From Deinococcales bacterium (lineage in GTDB: Bacteria > Deinococcota > Deinococci > Deinococcales > JAAFIG01): a stretch of 64,000 nt of DNA. Below, piece by piece: positions 1 through 9,653 of the stretch. Made by a program: the position numbers and the translations under genes. The notes beneath the pieces are model-generated. The model saw only the letters and a list, made by a program, of their open reading frames with translations. It was not told the DNA's origin and searched no databases. The DNA lies in the NCBI GenBank assembly GCA_031414595.1, contig JANNVX010000088.1, positions 1-64,000 on the forward strand. The letters run 5' to 3'. Each line of letters opens with the position of its first letter. Position 1 is the stretch's first letter.

Positions 1-120
1 TTCTTGAAAGTATGGAAGTAAGGCTTGGAATTCTTTTTTGGTTAGTCCAGTCAGGGCTAAGAAGCGAGTTTTATTCTTGACGAGTTTGTCGTAATGCAGC
101 ACTCGAATAGTTTATCCTAA

Positions 121-600
121 TTTCCGATAACGTCTATTGAACTTGCACAACATCCCGAGCTTGAAGTTGTTCAATGGGCGTTAGCTGTTCTTTATAAAAT
201 TTCACACCCAGATGTACGTGACTTTGCTTTCAAATACCAAGCCAATTACCCAGACCTTCCCCAGCTTGCACTTGGATTCTTTATCAAAAACTATCGAGAA
301 GGCGACCACGAATTTATTGAGAATGCGCTGCTGACTGAGATTCCAGATAAATATGATTTTGAGGATGTATCAAAAAATGTTATTGATGTTTTTACGGCAA
401 ATACCACACCAAAAGCACAAAAATCTCTTATCCTTGTTTATGAAAAAGGTCGCTGTATACATTGTCGTCAAAATATTCTAAAACTTCTCGAGCAACTGCA
501 ACTTCTACCGCAATCCATTCTCGAGGAATGTATTTTTGATGCTTCCCTCAAGATTCGCACTTGGGCAAAAGAAATACTCAAAACTCGAGCTTCGGCATAA
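121..600 (+). pseudogene. 3' part of a helical-repeat-like hypothetical gene with no start in frame
   Basis: Frame 1 is open from 121 to TAA 598-600 (…IELAQHPELEVVQWALAVL…YEKGRCIHCRQ…ECIFDAS…) with an in-frame stop at 118-120; a hairpin follows. Confidence 0.45.
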
Positions 601-605
601 GCAAC

Positions 606-636
606 AAAAAACCTGCCCAAATTAAACGGGCAGGTT
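606..636. terminator. Intrinsic terminator between convergent genes
   Basis: AACCTGCCC-N9-GGGCAGGTT stem with an A-tract on the left, giving a U-tract on the minus strand. Confidence 0.7.
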
Positions 637-649
637 CTCGAGGTTGCTT

Positions 650-1300
650 TTAGTCCGTGCGCTTGTGAAAAAGTCCGTCGTACAAAAACGCCGCCGCCAC
701 CGCACCAGCAATCGGGGCAATCCAATACAACCAAAAATTATCTAAGTACCCACCGACCAAAGCAGGTCCGAAACTACGGGCTGGGTTGAGGGCTGCACCA
801 GTCATTGGTCCAATGCAAAGAATGCCAAGGGTGACGGTTAATCCAATAAATAATGCGCCCATTTTTGGCGCTCTCGAGTCCACGGCAGTGCCAAAAATAG
901 CGGTCACTAAAAAGAAAGTAGTCAAGAACTCGAGAATGATGCCAGCCCCAATGGATGTGGTTGCCGACAGCAAAGGCGTACCAAGTTTTGCGGCACTAAC
1001 AGTTTCGGCTGGAAAAACTTGGGTCAGAATAAGGGCGGCAAGCACCGACCCTAGCACTTGCGAGATGATGTACCCGCCAGCCTTGGTTGGGTCTATGCGT
1101 CCTGTGGCAAGCATGGCGATTGAAACGGCAGGGTTAAAATGTCCGCCCGAGACCGCGCCTAAAGCCGTGCCAAAGACCACAATCACCAATCCGTGGGCAA
1201 GGGCTACACCAACCAAGCCAGCGCTGCCGTTAAGGATTGCACCTGCGCCAATCAGGGTGAGGGCGAATGTTCCGATAAATTCTGCGACGAATGCTCCCAT
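650..1300 (-). CDS. MIP family channel (aquaporin)
   Basis: Two NPA motifs (GGHFNPAV, AALNPARS), AEFIGT start and six hydrophobic helices. Confidence 0.95.
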   Translation of the reverse strand: MGAFVAEFIGTFALTLIGAGAILNGSAGLVGVALAHGLVIVVFGTALGAVSGGHFNPAVSIAMLATGRIDPTKAGGYIISQVLGSVLAALILTQVFPAETVSAAKLGTPLLSATTSIGAGIILEFLTTFFLVTAIFGTAVDSRAPKMGALFIGLTVTLGILCIGPMTGAALNPARSFGPALVGGYLDNFWLYWIAPIAGAVAAAFLYDGLFHKRTD

Positions 1301-1496
1301 AGGTTCTCCTTATTTCTCGAGATTATTTTACACAATTGACTGGTTTGGCGGCACTCGTCTTTGTATTGGGTTCAAAAGCTGACATATTGACTCGAGTCCA
1401 ATAAAATTTGGGTTTGCAATGCCTTTGATTTGATAGACTCATGACAATTCGACGTTTACATATAAAAGCTGTGGTTCTACAGTCCTAGGAGGATGT

Positions 1497-2558
1497 ATGA
1501 AGAAAGCAACAATGTTACTCGGTGCGGCACTCGTCACTGGTCTTAGTTTGGTTCTAGCCGCCGATTCAATTTCGGAATTGGCAGCCAAAGCCAAGGTTGA
1601 AGGCAAAATCGTGAGTTATGGTATCCCGAACGATTGGCTGAACTACGAAAAAATGTGGAAGGTCTTTACCAATCGCTACGGCGTGACCCAAGCCGATACC
1701 GACATGAGCAGCGCTGAAGAAATCGCCAAGTTCTTAGCGGAGAAAAATGCACCTGTTGCCGATGTTGGCGATGTTGGTTTGGCATTTGGTCCAATTGGCA
1801 CAGAACAAGGCGCATTTATGCCCTACAAGAACAGCAAATGGGCAGAAATTCCAGATTGGGCAAAAGGCGCTGATGGTCATTATGCGGCTGCCTATTACGG
1901 CGCGATTTCCTTTGTGGTCAACACCAAACTGGTCAAGAACATCCCACGTTCATGGAAGGATTTACTGCGTCCAGAATACAAGGGTAAAATTGCGATTAAC
2001 GACCCACGCCGCGCCGCCAACGCCCAATATGCTGTGATTGCGGCAGCCATGGCAATGGGTGGCTCAGAAACAAACATCAAACCGGGGATTGATTTCTTTG
2101 CTAAACTGCAAAAGTCTGGCAATTTAATTCCAACTGTACCAAGCCTTGCCAATATCCAAAAAGGCGAAGTTGCGATTGGCATTAACTGGGATTACAACGG
2201 CTTAAACTTCCGTCGTCAACTTGCCGATGAAGGTATTAAACTGGCAATTCAAATTCCCTTGGATGGCACAACCGTTGGTCCTTACGCACCAGTCATCAAT
2301 GCTTTTACTGCTCGTCCGAACGTCGCCAAACTGTTCATGGAATTCTTGTTCTCTGACGAAGGTCAACGCCTATACGCCGAAGGTGGCGCTCAGCCGATTC
2401 GCGCTAAAATCCGCAATAGCTTATCTGCCGAAATTCGTGCCAAAATGATTCCAGCTTTCCAATACCAAAAAGTTATTCCAATCAAAGCCTGGAAAGACAT
2501 GCCAAAAATCGTGCTTGGCATTGGCGAACAATGGGCAACTGAAGTTTTAGGACAGTAG
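1497..2558 (+). CDS. ABC transporter substrate-binding protein (PotD/AfuA-like)
   Basis: Signal peptide, AGGAGG RBS, PRSWKDLL motif; first gene of the ABC operon. Confidence 0.9.
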   Translation: MKKATMLLGAALVTGLSLVLAADSISELAAKAKVEGKIVSYGIPNDWLNYEKMWKVFTNRYGVTQADTDMSSAEEIAKFLAEKNAPVADVGDVGLAFGPIGTEQGAFMPYKNSKWAEIPDWAKGADGHYAAAYYGAISFVVNTKLVKNIPRSWKDLLRPEYKGKIAINDPRRAANAQYAVIAAAMAMGGSETNIKPGIDFFAKLQKSGNLIPTVPSLANIQKGEVAIGINWDYNGLNFRRQLADEGIKLAIQIPLDGTTVGPYAPVINAFTARPNVAKLFMEFLFSDEGQRLYAEGGAQPIRAKIRNSLSAEIRAKMIPAFQYQKVIPIKAWKDMPKIVLGIGEQWATEVLGQ

Positions 2559-2640
2559 GGCAGGGCTAGGGTTAAAGGGTCAAAAGGTTAAAAGGTTAAG
2601 TTAAAGCCTTTTAACCTTTTTGGGTTCTCGAGAGGTGAGC

Positions 2641-3474
2641 ATGAATTTACGTTTTTTAAGTATTGGTATTGTAATTGCTTTCTTTTTGTTCTTAACTTTA
2701 TTTCTGGTTTTACCGGGTGCTTACTTGGTTTTAACGGCTTTTACCAACAAAACGGGATTGACTTTAGAGCATTGGACAGAAGCCACCAAACCGCTTTTTT
2801 TTAGGGCTTTAAGTAATAGCATTGGCTTAAGTCTGCAAAGCGCTCTCGAGGGCGGGATTCTTGGCGCATTGGCAGCTGGGGCATTGTGGCGTAGCAGCCC
2901 AAGGACACAGCGTTTTTTGGGTGGCTTAAGTGGCATTGCTGCCAATTTTGCGGGTGTGCCTTTAGCGTTTGCCTTTATTGTTTTATTTGGGGTTAGTGGT
3001 GTCTTTAATTATATTCTGCAAGGCATCGGACTCGAGACGATAGACATTTACCGACGGCAAAACCTACATATTGTGTACTTATATTTTCAAGTGCCTTTGA
3101 TGACGGTGTTAATGTTACCCGCCTTTGCCGCAATTCAAAAAGATTGGCTCGAGGCGGCAAGGGGTTTAGGGGCTTCGCCATTGGTCTTTTGGTGGCGCGT
3201 CGGCATTCCAGTTTTACTACCGACGCTACTTGGCTCGATTGTCTTACTTTTTGCCAACTCCTTTGGCGCGTATGCCACGGTGTACGCCCTTTCGCAAGGC
3301 AGTATTAACTTATTACCGACCCAAATTGGTTTTCAGGTTTCGGGGCAAGTGGGTTATAACCCCGGGGCGGCGGCGGCATTAGCCTGTATGATGGCGTTTG
3401 TTTTATTGTTGTCCCTCGTGATTTACCGTGCTTCAAAACGCTGGGCAGCCAAGCTCGAGGCAGGTGTGGCATGA
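2641..3474 (+). CDS. ABC transporter permease
   Basis: Hydrophobic protein with EAA loop (WLEAARGLGAS); ATG 2641 after GAGGTG. Confidence 0.9.
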   Translation: MNLRFLSIGIVIAFFLFLTLFLVLPGAYLVLTAFTNKTGLTLEHWTEATKPLFFRALSNSIGLSLQSALEGGILGALAAGALWRSSPRTQRFLGGLSGIAANFAGVPLAFAFIVLFGVSGVFNYILQGIGLETIDIYRRQNLHIVYLYFQVPLMTVLMLPAFAAIQKDWLEAARGLGASPLVFWWRVGIPVLLPTLLGSIVLLFANSFGAYATVYALSQGSINLLPTQIGFQVSGQVGYNPGAAAALACMMAFVLLLSLVIYRASKRWAAKLEAGVA

Positions 3475-4262
3475 TTTGGACTGTTTTACGCCGTAGCTTT
3501 TTGGTATTGCTATTTTTGTTTTTAACCATTCCGATTCTGATGACCCTGATTTATAGCCTCAGCACCGCTTGGACAACCCTTTTACCAGATGGCTACACCT
3601 TAGAGGCATGGCAGACGCTATTTGCTGACTCGAGATTCTGGAGTGCGGCTGGGCGCAGTTTTTTACTGTCCATAGCCGCCGTTGGCATCAGCATCGCTTT
3701 TCTTGTTCCGACCCTTTTTGCGGTCACGCTGTATGTGCCAAAACTAGCGGCTGCCCTCGAGTTTCTGAGTTTGTGGATTTTTGTTTTCCCCGGCGTGATT
3801 CTAGCAGTCGGCTTAATCCGAATTTTCTCTAATCCACCTCTGGCAATTTCTGGAACACCGTGGCTACTGATTCCAGCCGTGACAGTTGGGGTAATGCCAT
3901 TTGCCTACCGAGCCGTTGCCAATGCCTTTGAAGCTGCCAATGTCCGCGAACTATCCGAAGCTGCTCGTAGCCTCGGCGCAAACGACTTGCAAATTCTGCT
4001 TTGGGTAATCCTGCCCACGGTACTGCCCGGTGTCTTGTCTGGCGGGGTACTGGCGCTCTCGGCGGCTTTTGGAGAATTTAGTCTGGCGCAGTTAATTGTC
4101 GGCAGTGCATGGGAGACCCTACCGTACTACCAATACCTGACCAATTCCCAAGACGGACACCGCAGCGCCGCCATCAGTTTTATTGCCTTTGCCGTGGCAT
4201 GGGGCTTAGGCGCATTTGCCTTATCGCAGAAAAAAGACTCGAGTGCGCTGGTGACAGTATGA
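3471..4262 (+). CDS. ABC transporter permease
   Basis: EAA loop (LSEAARSLGA); ATGA overlap with the upstream permease. Confidence 0.9.
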   Translation: MIWTVLRRSFLVLLFLFLTIPILMTLIYSLSTAWTTLLPDGYTLEAWQTLFADSRFWSAAGRSFLLSIAAVGISIAFLVPTLFAVTLYVPKLAAALEFLSLWIFVFPGVILAVGLIRIFSNPPLAISGTPWLLIPAVTVGVMPFAYRAVANAFEAANVRELSEAARSLGANDLQILLWVILPTVLPGVLSGGVLALSAAFGEFSLAQLIVGSAWETLPYYQYLTNSQDGHRSAAISFIAFAVAWGLGAFALSQKKDSSALVTV

Positions 4263-4280
4263 GGCAAACCAGAGGTTTTT

Positions 4281-5306
4281 ATGACCAATAGTGTTCCAAT
4301 TCGGCTCGAGCAGGTTTCCCGTAGATTCCAAGGTAAGGCGGCGGTGGATGATATTAGTCTTGAAGTCAAGCCGGGCGAGTTACTGGCGCTCTTAGGACCT
4401 TCGGGTTGCGGTAAAACCACAACCCTGCGCTGTGTGGCTGGGTTTGAAATTCCAGATGCAGGAAAGGTTTTTATTGGCGAGACCGATGTGACAACCCTTC
4501 CAGCCGAGTCTCGAGAAGTCGGAATGGTTTTTCAAAATTATGCGTTATTTCCCAATTTAAGTGTGGCGGGCAACATTGGTTTTGGCTTGCGAGTCGCCAA
4601 ATGGTCTAAGGATAAACTCGAGGCTCGAGTACAAGAACTTCTTAAAACTGTGGGATTGGTTGGGTTTGATAAACGGGCGGTGCAGTCCTTATCCGGTGGG
4701 CAGCGTCAAAGGGTGGCATTGGCTCGAGCATTGGCTCGAGAACCGCGTTTGTTACTGCTGGACGAACCACTTTCGGCATTGGATGCCAAAATTCGGATTG
4801 AACTGCGAACCGAATTAAAGCGCTTGCAACTCGAGCTTGGGATTACAACTTTGCTGGTCACACACGACCAAGAAGAAGCCATGAGTATGGCAGACCGCGT
4901 TGTGGTCATGAACAACGGCAAAATTGAGCAACTCGGCTCACCAAGAGATTTGTACATGAAACCCGCCACGCCATTTGTGGCTGCCTTTGTTGGTGAAATG
5001 AATTTACTCGAGGTTCAAAGTCTGGGCAACGGGCAATTTAAGTTACTTGACCAAAGTATCAGTATTGCAAGTATCCCAAGTAGCACCACCAAACTGGGTG
5101 TTCGTCCCGAAAATGTGACCTTAAGCGAACACAAAACACAATTTAGCGGCACAGTCGAATTGGTAACGTATTTAGGCGCAACCCAACAAGTGCTGATCAA
5201 TGTTTCAAACCAATTCTGGATTGCTCGAGTTCCCAACACCCAGATTTTTACTCGAGGGCAAGTGGTTGGTCTCGAGGTCGCCTCAGATGCGTGGTTAGGG
5301 ATGTGA
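4281..5306 (+). CDS. ABC transporter ATP-binding protein (PotA-like, TOBE C-terminus)
   Basis: GPSGCGKT, LSGGQRQR, LLLDEP. Confidence 0.95.
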   Translation: MTNSVPIRLEQVSRRFQGKAAVDDISLEVKPGELLALLGPSGCGKTTTLRCVAGFEIPDAGKVFIGETDVTTLPAESREVGMVFQNYALFPNLSVAGNIGFGLRVAKWSKDKLEARVQELLKTVGLVGFDKRAVQSLSGGQRQRVALARALAREPRLLLLDEPLSALDAKIRIELRTELKRLQLELGITTLLVTHDQEEAMSMADRVVVMNNGKIEQLGSPRDLYMKPATPFVAAFVGEMNLLEVQSLGNGQFKLLDQSISIASIPSSTTKLGVRPENVTLSEHKTQFSGTVELVTYLGATQQVLINVSNQFWIARVPNTQIFTRGQVVGLEVASDAWLGM

Positions 5307-5370
5307 AAGTAGGTAGGAGGTAAAAGTTTTTAACCCTTTAACCTTTTAATCCTCTCTCCGAAGGAGTTTT

Positions 5371-6276
5371 ATGCCGTGGTTCAAAGGTAATACCCATACA
5401 CATTCGTTTGTTTCCGATGGTGATTCCGCGCCGCCAGTGGTCTGTGCTTGGTATAAAGCGCATGGGTACGATTTTTTGTGCATGACTGACCATAACCATC
5501 CGTTTGACTCGGCTTGGTTGATTGGGTCTGGTATTGCCGATTCGAGTTTTTTGGTCATTCCGGGCGTGGAAATCACCACCGTTGCCGAAGGATTGCCAGT
5601 GCATTTGAATGGACTTGGAATTTCGGTCATGCCGGAACTGCCTGTGTACTCGAGTATCGAAGCACTTTTGCAAGGCAGCATAGACAGCATCCGAGCGCTT
5701 GGTGGCGTGCCAATTGTTAATCATCCTAATTTTTATTGGGCGCTTAGCCCTAAGCATTTGCTAGGCTTAAAAAACTGCAATCTATTTGAAATTTGGAATT
5801 CCAGTACCAACTGCAATAACCTTGGCGCGGGTGGCAAACCCAGTACCGATGATTTCTGGAATGGGTTACTATCGGCTGGGCAGACTTGGCATGGGATTGC
5901 CTCAGATGACGCGCATGATTTCGCAGGCGAATTCTGGGGTTATAAAAGCCCACCCGGACAGGCTTTTGTTGTGGTGCAGTGCGATAAACTCGAGCAGAAA
6001 CAGATTTTAGCAGCACTCGAGGCTGGGAATTTTTACAGCAGCACTGGCATCATGCTTGAATCACTCGAGATAAATTCGCGGCTCATTCGCTTCGAGATTC
6101 GCGCTTTGCATCATTATCAGTACACCTCGGAATTGGTTGCACCGAACGGCGAAATTTTAGAAACTCAATATGGTACAAAAGTCGAATTTACTTTACCCGA
6201 TGGTATTCCTACGGCTCGAGTGCGGATTTTTGATTCTGACGGCTCGAGACTCTGGACAAATACAATCCACAAGTAA
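5371..6276 (+). CDS. PHP-domain metallohydrolase (CehA/McbA-like)
   Basis: GNTHTHS..SDG, TDHN, NHP and DDAH metal-binding motifs. Confidence 0.85.
   Translation: MPWFKGNTHTHSFVSDGDSAPPVVCAWYKAHGYDFLCMTDHNHPFDSAWLIGSGIADSSFLVIPGVEITTVAEGLPVHLNGLGISVMPELPVYSSIEALLQGSIDSIRALGGVPIVNHPNFYWALSPKHLLGLKNCNLFEIWNSSTNCNNLGAGGKPSTDDFWNGLLSAGQTWHGIASDDAHDFAGEFWGYKSPPGQAFVVVQCDKLEQKQILAALEAGNFYSSTGIMLESLEINSRLIRFEIRALHHYQYTSELVAPNGEILETQYGTKVEFTLPDGIPTARVRIFDSDGSRLWTNTIHK
6229..6263 (+). repeat. Left copy of a 35-bp direct repeat (3' end of PHP gene)
   Basis: TTTGATTCTGACGGCTCGAGACTCTGGAcAAATAC; 34/35 identical to 9605-9639. Confidence 0.9.
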
Positions 6277-6393
6277 ACTTTGGGGTTTTTGCGCTAAAAA
6301 TAATCAAGCCGTCTACTGATAGCGGCACAATTGGGTTTGCAGCAAGCCTTTAGATTGGATTAAGCCAAATGTTTTGCCAAAATGTTGACAGCA

Positions 6394-6960
6394 TTAGGTA
6401 TTCAAAAACTCTTGTAATAACTTGGCGAAGCGTTGCAAACCTTGCTCTTCAAGTGTACGCAAAACTTCAAGCATCGTTTTAGGTGGATTTTTCAAACTTG
6501 CTTGCAAAGCCCGAATAGCAACAAGCACAGGCATAGGCTCGAGTTGCAAAAGCTCATGCAAAAATTCGTCTGGATGTAATGCTTTAATGCCATACCGTGC
6601 TAAAATAGTAGCGGGAAAATCACGCAGATTTTTTGTGACAATAACATCCGCGTTTGCTTTTATTGCCACTGCTAATACATGACGGTCAGTCACATCAGGT
6701 AACTTAAGCATAGCTTCAAGCCCTTCAAAATCGGTAATCAGTGCGTCAGGTATAGCCTCGTTCATCCGTTTAGCCGTGCGATAAATACGGGATGGATCGA
6801 GGTCTGGGCGTTTGGCAATCACATTACGAGTCCATTCATCTTCAATTTTGGCTGACCAACAAAGACGCAAAGCATCGGTAATACCCAAGTGCATAAAGAA
6901 ATCTCGTAAGGGTGCGGGAAACAGAATATTTGCATCTAAAACAATGGTTAAGTGCGGCAT
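6394..6960 (-). CDS. PIN domain protein (putative toxin)
   Basis: VLDANIL, D.TDRHVLAVA, IVTKNLRDFP. Confidence 0.9.
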   Translation of the reverse strand: MPHLTIVLDANILFPAPLRDFFMHLGITDALRLCWSAKIEDEWTRNVIAKRPDLDPSRIYRTAKRMNEAIPDALITDFEGLEAMLKLPDVTDRHVLAVAIKANADVIVTKNLRDFPATILARYGIKALHPDEFLHELLQLEPMPVLVAIRALQASLKNPPKTMLEVLRTLEEQGLQRFAKLLQEFLNT

Positions 6961-7383
6961 TCAATACCCATAACCAAGCTCTTGGGCTTCTTTGGATAAT
7001 TCTGCCATAATCTCGAGACTCTTTTTGCGTTGGGCTTCCTTGTACTGCATCGCATCCTCAAGCAGCACCCGCCGATGTGTTCCAACCATCCGAAACGGCA
7101 ATTTTCCATCATTCAGGAGTTGCACCACATAGGGACGAGAGACATTGAGTAATTCTGCTGTTTGTGCCGTGGTTAAATCCGAATCTTTAGAAACCACACT
7201 GACCTGATGACCACTTGCTAATTGGGTCGTGACCTCGAGCATGATTTGCAACACGTTTTTTGGCAATGTGACTTGCTCAGAGCCAATTTGTAACTGGGTG
7301 CTACGTCCTTCATGCTGTGCGAATAAACGACTGAGTTCTCGAGCCGCTTTGATGTCCGTGGGTTTTAGGATCTGGGAGTTCAT
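6961..7383 (-). CDS. Excisionase-family HTH protein (putative antitoxin of the PIN gene)
   Basis: LTTAQTAELLNVSRPYVVQLL..G.LPF..VGTHRRV; abuts the PIN gene; probable ATG at 7383. Confidence 0.85.
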   Translation of the reverse strand: MNSQILKPTDIKAARELSRLFAQHEGRSTQLQIGSEQVTLPKNVLQIMLEVTTQLASGHQVSVVSKDSDLTTAQTAELLNVSRPYVVQLLNDGKLPFRMVGTHRRVLLEDAMQYKEAQRKKSLEIMAELSKEAQELGYGY

Positions 7384-7597
7384 GCTTAAAGCGTAGCAAT
7401 TAAGTGTAATAAACGCAACAAGTAAAATTATTTTGCGTAATTGTTGTGTCTGGATTGAGAATTTAATTCTAAAACTTGAGCTTTTCATAATAAACCACCT
7501 GTGTATCCTGTTAGATTTTTTAGGTTTGCGGACATATCATAGAAGTATGGTAATCACTAATATGTATTAACAGTAGATCGTATGTTATGTTAAATTT

Positions 7598-8776
7598 ATG
7601 GCAAAAAAGATTTCGCTTCCTGCTAATATTCGTCCATACGTTGCTGACTGTGTTCAAGATAAATCTAGTGTACTTACACCAAAAGAAGCCGCTTCAAAAG
7701 GTCTTGAATTATGGAAGGAAGGAGCATCAAAATCGGTTCAATTATTAAACGAAGCAGAGGAATATGCTAATTACCTTATTTCTCGCAGTGATTCAAATGG
7801 AAATGGTCGCATTCTTAATACTGGGGTACAAATAGGTAGCGAGACACGACTTGCATTCATATGCTGGTTTTCAATGCGAATTAGTGCCGCTCGACAAAAT
7901 CTATTTGATACCGAAAATGTGCCTTTTGAAATTTGCGACCCATTAAACGAAAAAGACATAGCTGAACAGCTTAAAAAGTTTGAATTATGGCTTTTAGACT
8001 CTCCACAGTTAGACTTGGGTAGCAAAGAACGAAATTTTGAATGGATGAATAGACTCTGGACTTTCCCAAAAAACTCTTTAGATTCTAAAAGCGCTACCTT
8101 TGCCCCAGCCACAAAACGCGGTTTTGAGGTTGCACGTACTGTTTGGAGTCTACAAAACGAAGTTCATTATCATGAATGGTCACCGTTTTTACCGTATGGA
8201 GAAAGTGGTCTGAGTTGGTGTAGTGCATTTGAATTTACTTTATGGCTGATTTTTGGCATATACCCATGTCCTCCACTTGCTTGGGTAACAGTAGCCGAAA
8301 AAAGTATTTCTGAGCATGGGGTAATAAAACCAAAACGAGAAGTTAGACAGTTGGGGTTTCCTGGTAGGGGTTTTGGCGCTCGAGGTATAACGATACATAT
8401 CTTTGATCCAGATGGTACATCACCTGATGCTATACGCGAACTCTATTCAGATGCCCTGCAATACGGATTGTTTAGTAAAGGTAAGCCATATACGCGAACC
8501 CGTGAAGTTCTTTCTATTCTCGAGCTTGAATACATTCTTGAGAAACTTAGGCGAGAAATTATTTTAGGAAATGTTATTGATATAAATATTTGGGTGTGGA
8601 GACCTAAACCTAAGCAATTATTTGATACTTGGAAGATTCGAGCCAATGGATTTGGCTTAGACCAAAAAGAACTTGACTCATCTAGTGCAATTCATGCGTT
8701 TCAAAAACGTCGAGGCTATGAGGTTTATCGTGTCGCAATACAAGCAGAAGCGTCACGTTATGTAAAAGTATCTTGA
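7598..8776 (+). CDS. Hypothetical protein, AT-rich, 392 aa
   Basis: Long ORF with atypical composition and no motif I recognise. Confidence 0.7.
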   Translation: MAKKISLPANIRPYVADCVQDKSSVLTPKEAASKGLELWKEGASKSVQLLNEAEEYANYLISRSDSNGNGRILNTGVQIGSETRLAFICWFSMRISAARQNLFDTENVPFEICDPLNEKDIAEQLKKFELWLLDSPQLDLGSKERNFEWMNRLWTFPKNSLDSKSATFAPATKRGFEVARTVWSLQNEVHYHEWSPFLPYGESGLSWCSAFEFTLWLIFGIYPCPPLAWVTVAEKSISEHGVIKPKREVRQLGFPGRGFGARGITIHIFDPDGTSPDAIRELYSDALQYGLFSKGKPYTRTREVLSILELEYILEKLRREIILGNVIDINIWVWRPKPKQLFDTWKIRANGFGLDQKELDSSSAIHAFQKRRGYEVYRVAIQAEASRYVKVS

Positions 8777-8831
8777 TTTTATTTGCACCTATCCCAAACA
8801 GCACTTAACTTCTTATCTTCCTACGTTCTCC

Positions 8832-8936
8832 ATGCTTCTGCTCGAGGCTGCCAAACGCGCTGTGGAAATCGCCATTGAAACAAACGAAGAACAGGCTTTG
8901 GCTTGGCTTCTTCTCGAGGTCACATCAGAATTGTAA
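8832..8936 (+). pseudogene. C-terminal remnant resembling a type I/IIG R-M specificity or methylase protein
   Basis: Translates LLEAAKRAVEIAIETNEEQALAWL, similar to the conserved final helix of such proteins (recognised from memory). Confidence 0.5.
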
Positions 8937-9327
8937 AACCCGCTTGCTTAAAATGCTTATCGCTAGTCAGCACTTCCTCTATACCGTAATTTTCCATGAC
9001 AATCATGCTCATACAATCAGTCAGGCTGTAACCTTTGTCTCGCCTATCTTCAAAACGCTCTAGCCCCATGTGAAACAGGTATTTACTGTGATGAATCAAG
9101 TTAAAATCTTCCCGACCCATCAGGTGTTTAATAATTTTTAGGGCTTCTTGTCTCGAGTATTCACCGCGTTCAGCATAATAATTGAGAATTTCGGTTAGCA
9201 CAGCATCGGTACTAATAAGCTCCGCGCCTTCTGCCAATTCTAAAGCGTCAACTGCGATTTGATGCAATTGGTCTCGAGGATTGATAATCGAAACCAAGCA
9301 AGCAGCATCTATAAAAATGGATTTCAT
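8920..9327 (-). CDS. VapC-family PIN toxin
   Basis: IFIDAA, DQLHQ, YSLTDCMS, LTSDKHFKQAGF. Confidence 0.9.
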   Translation of the reverse strand: MKSIFIDAACLVSIINPRDQLHQIAVDALELAEGAELISTDAVLTEILNYYAERGEYSRQEALKIIKHLMGREDFNLIHHSKYLFHMGLERFEDRRDKGYSLTDCMSMIVMENYGIEEVLTSDKHFKQAGFTILM

Positions 9328-9491
9328 CGTTTCTTAGGCGCTCCATACAAGTAATGGTCAAGGTTTTTAGCACCATCTGTTGGTAGTTTCTCGAGTTCGC
9401 TGGCTGGGGCTTCTTTGGCAATGCGTTTTGCACTGGCAAGTAAGTAAGCAATCGCGCTTTGTTTTGGCTTTGTTTTGGTTGGCGTGGTCAT
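9324..9491 (-). CDS. Small antitoxin upstream of VapC
   Basis: LPTDGAKNLDHYLYG C-terminus typical of VapC partners; ATGA overlap. Confidence 0.8.
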   Translation of the reverse strand: MTTPTKTKPKQSAIAYLLASAKRIAKEAPASELEKLPTDGAKNLDHYLYGAPKKR

Positions 9492-9604
9492 GACAAAAGT
9501 ATAGGGCAAATCCTAAATTTTGCCAAACGTGCTGTGGAAATAGCTAACGCACCATATACAGTTTTGCTATGTTGGCAGAAATTACGTTGACCTTGGATGG
9601 TATG

Positions 9605-9639
9605 TTTGATTCTGACGGCTCGAGACTCTGGATAAATAC
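9605..9639 (+). repeat. Right copy of the 35-bp direct repeat
   Basis: Matches 6229-6263 and translates FDSDGSRLWINT, like the PHP C-terminus. Confidence 0.9.
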
Positions 9640-9653
9640 GGTACGATAAGTAC

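Noticed and set aside
786-1382. 198-aa plus-strand ORF, and similar antisense ORFs at 23980-24600, 27381-27860 and 31859-32368
   Set aside because: Shadow frames of well-supported genes on the opposite strand with no independent motifs.
6961-7383. True phage excisionase marking a prophage
   Set aside because: The HTH is paired with a PIN gene, a common TA-like arrangement, and no integrase is adjacent.
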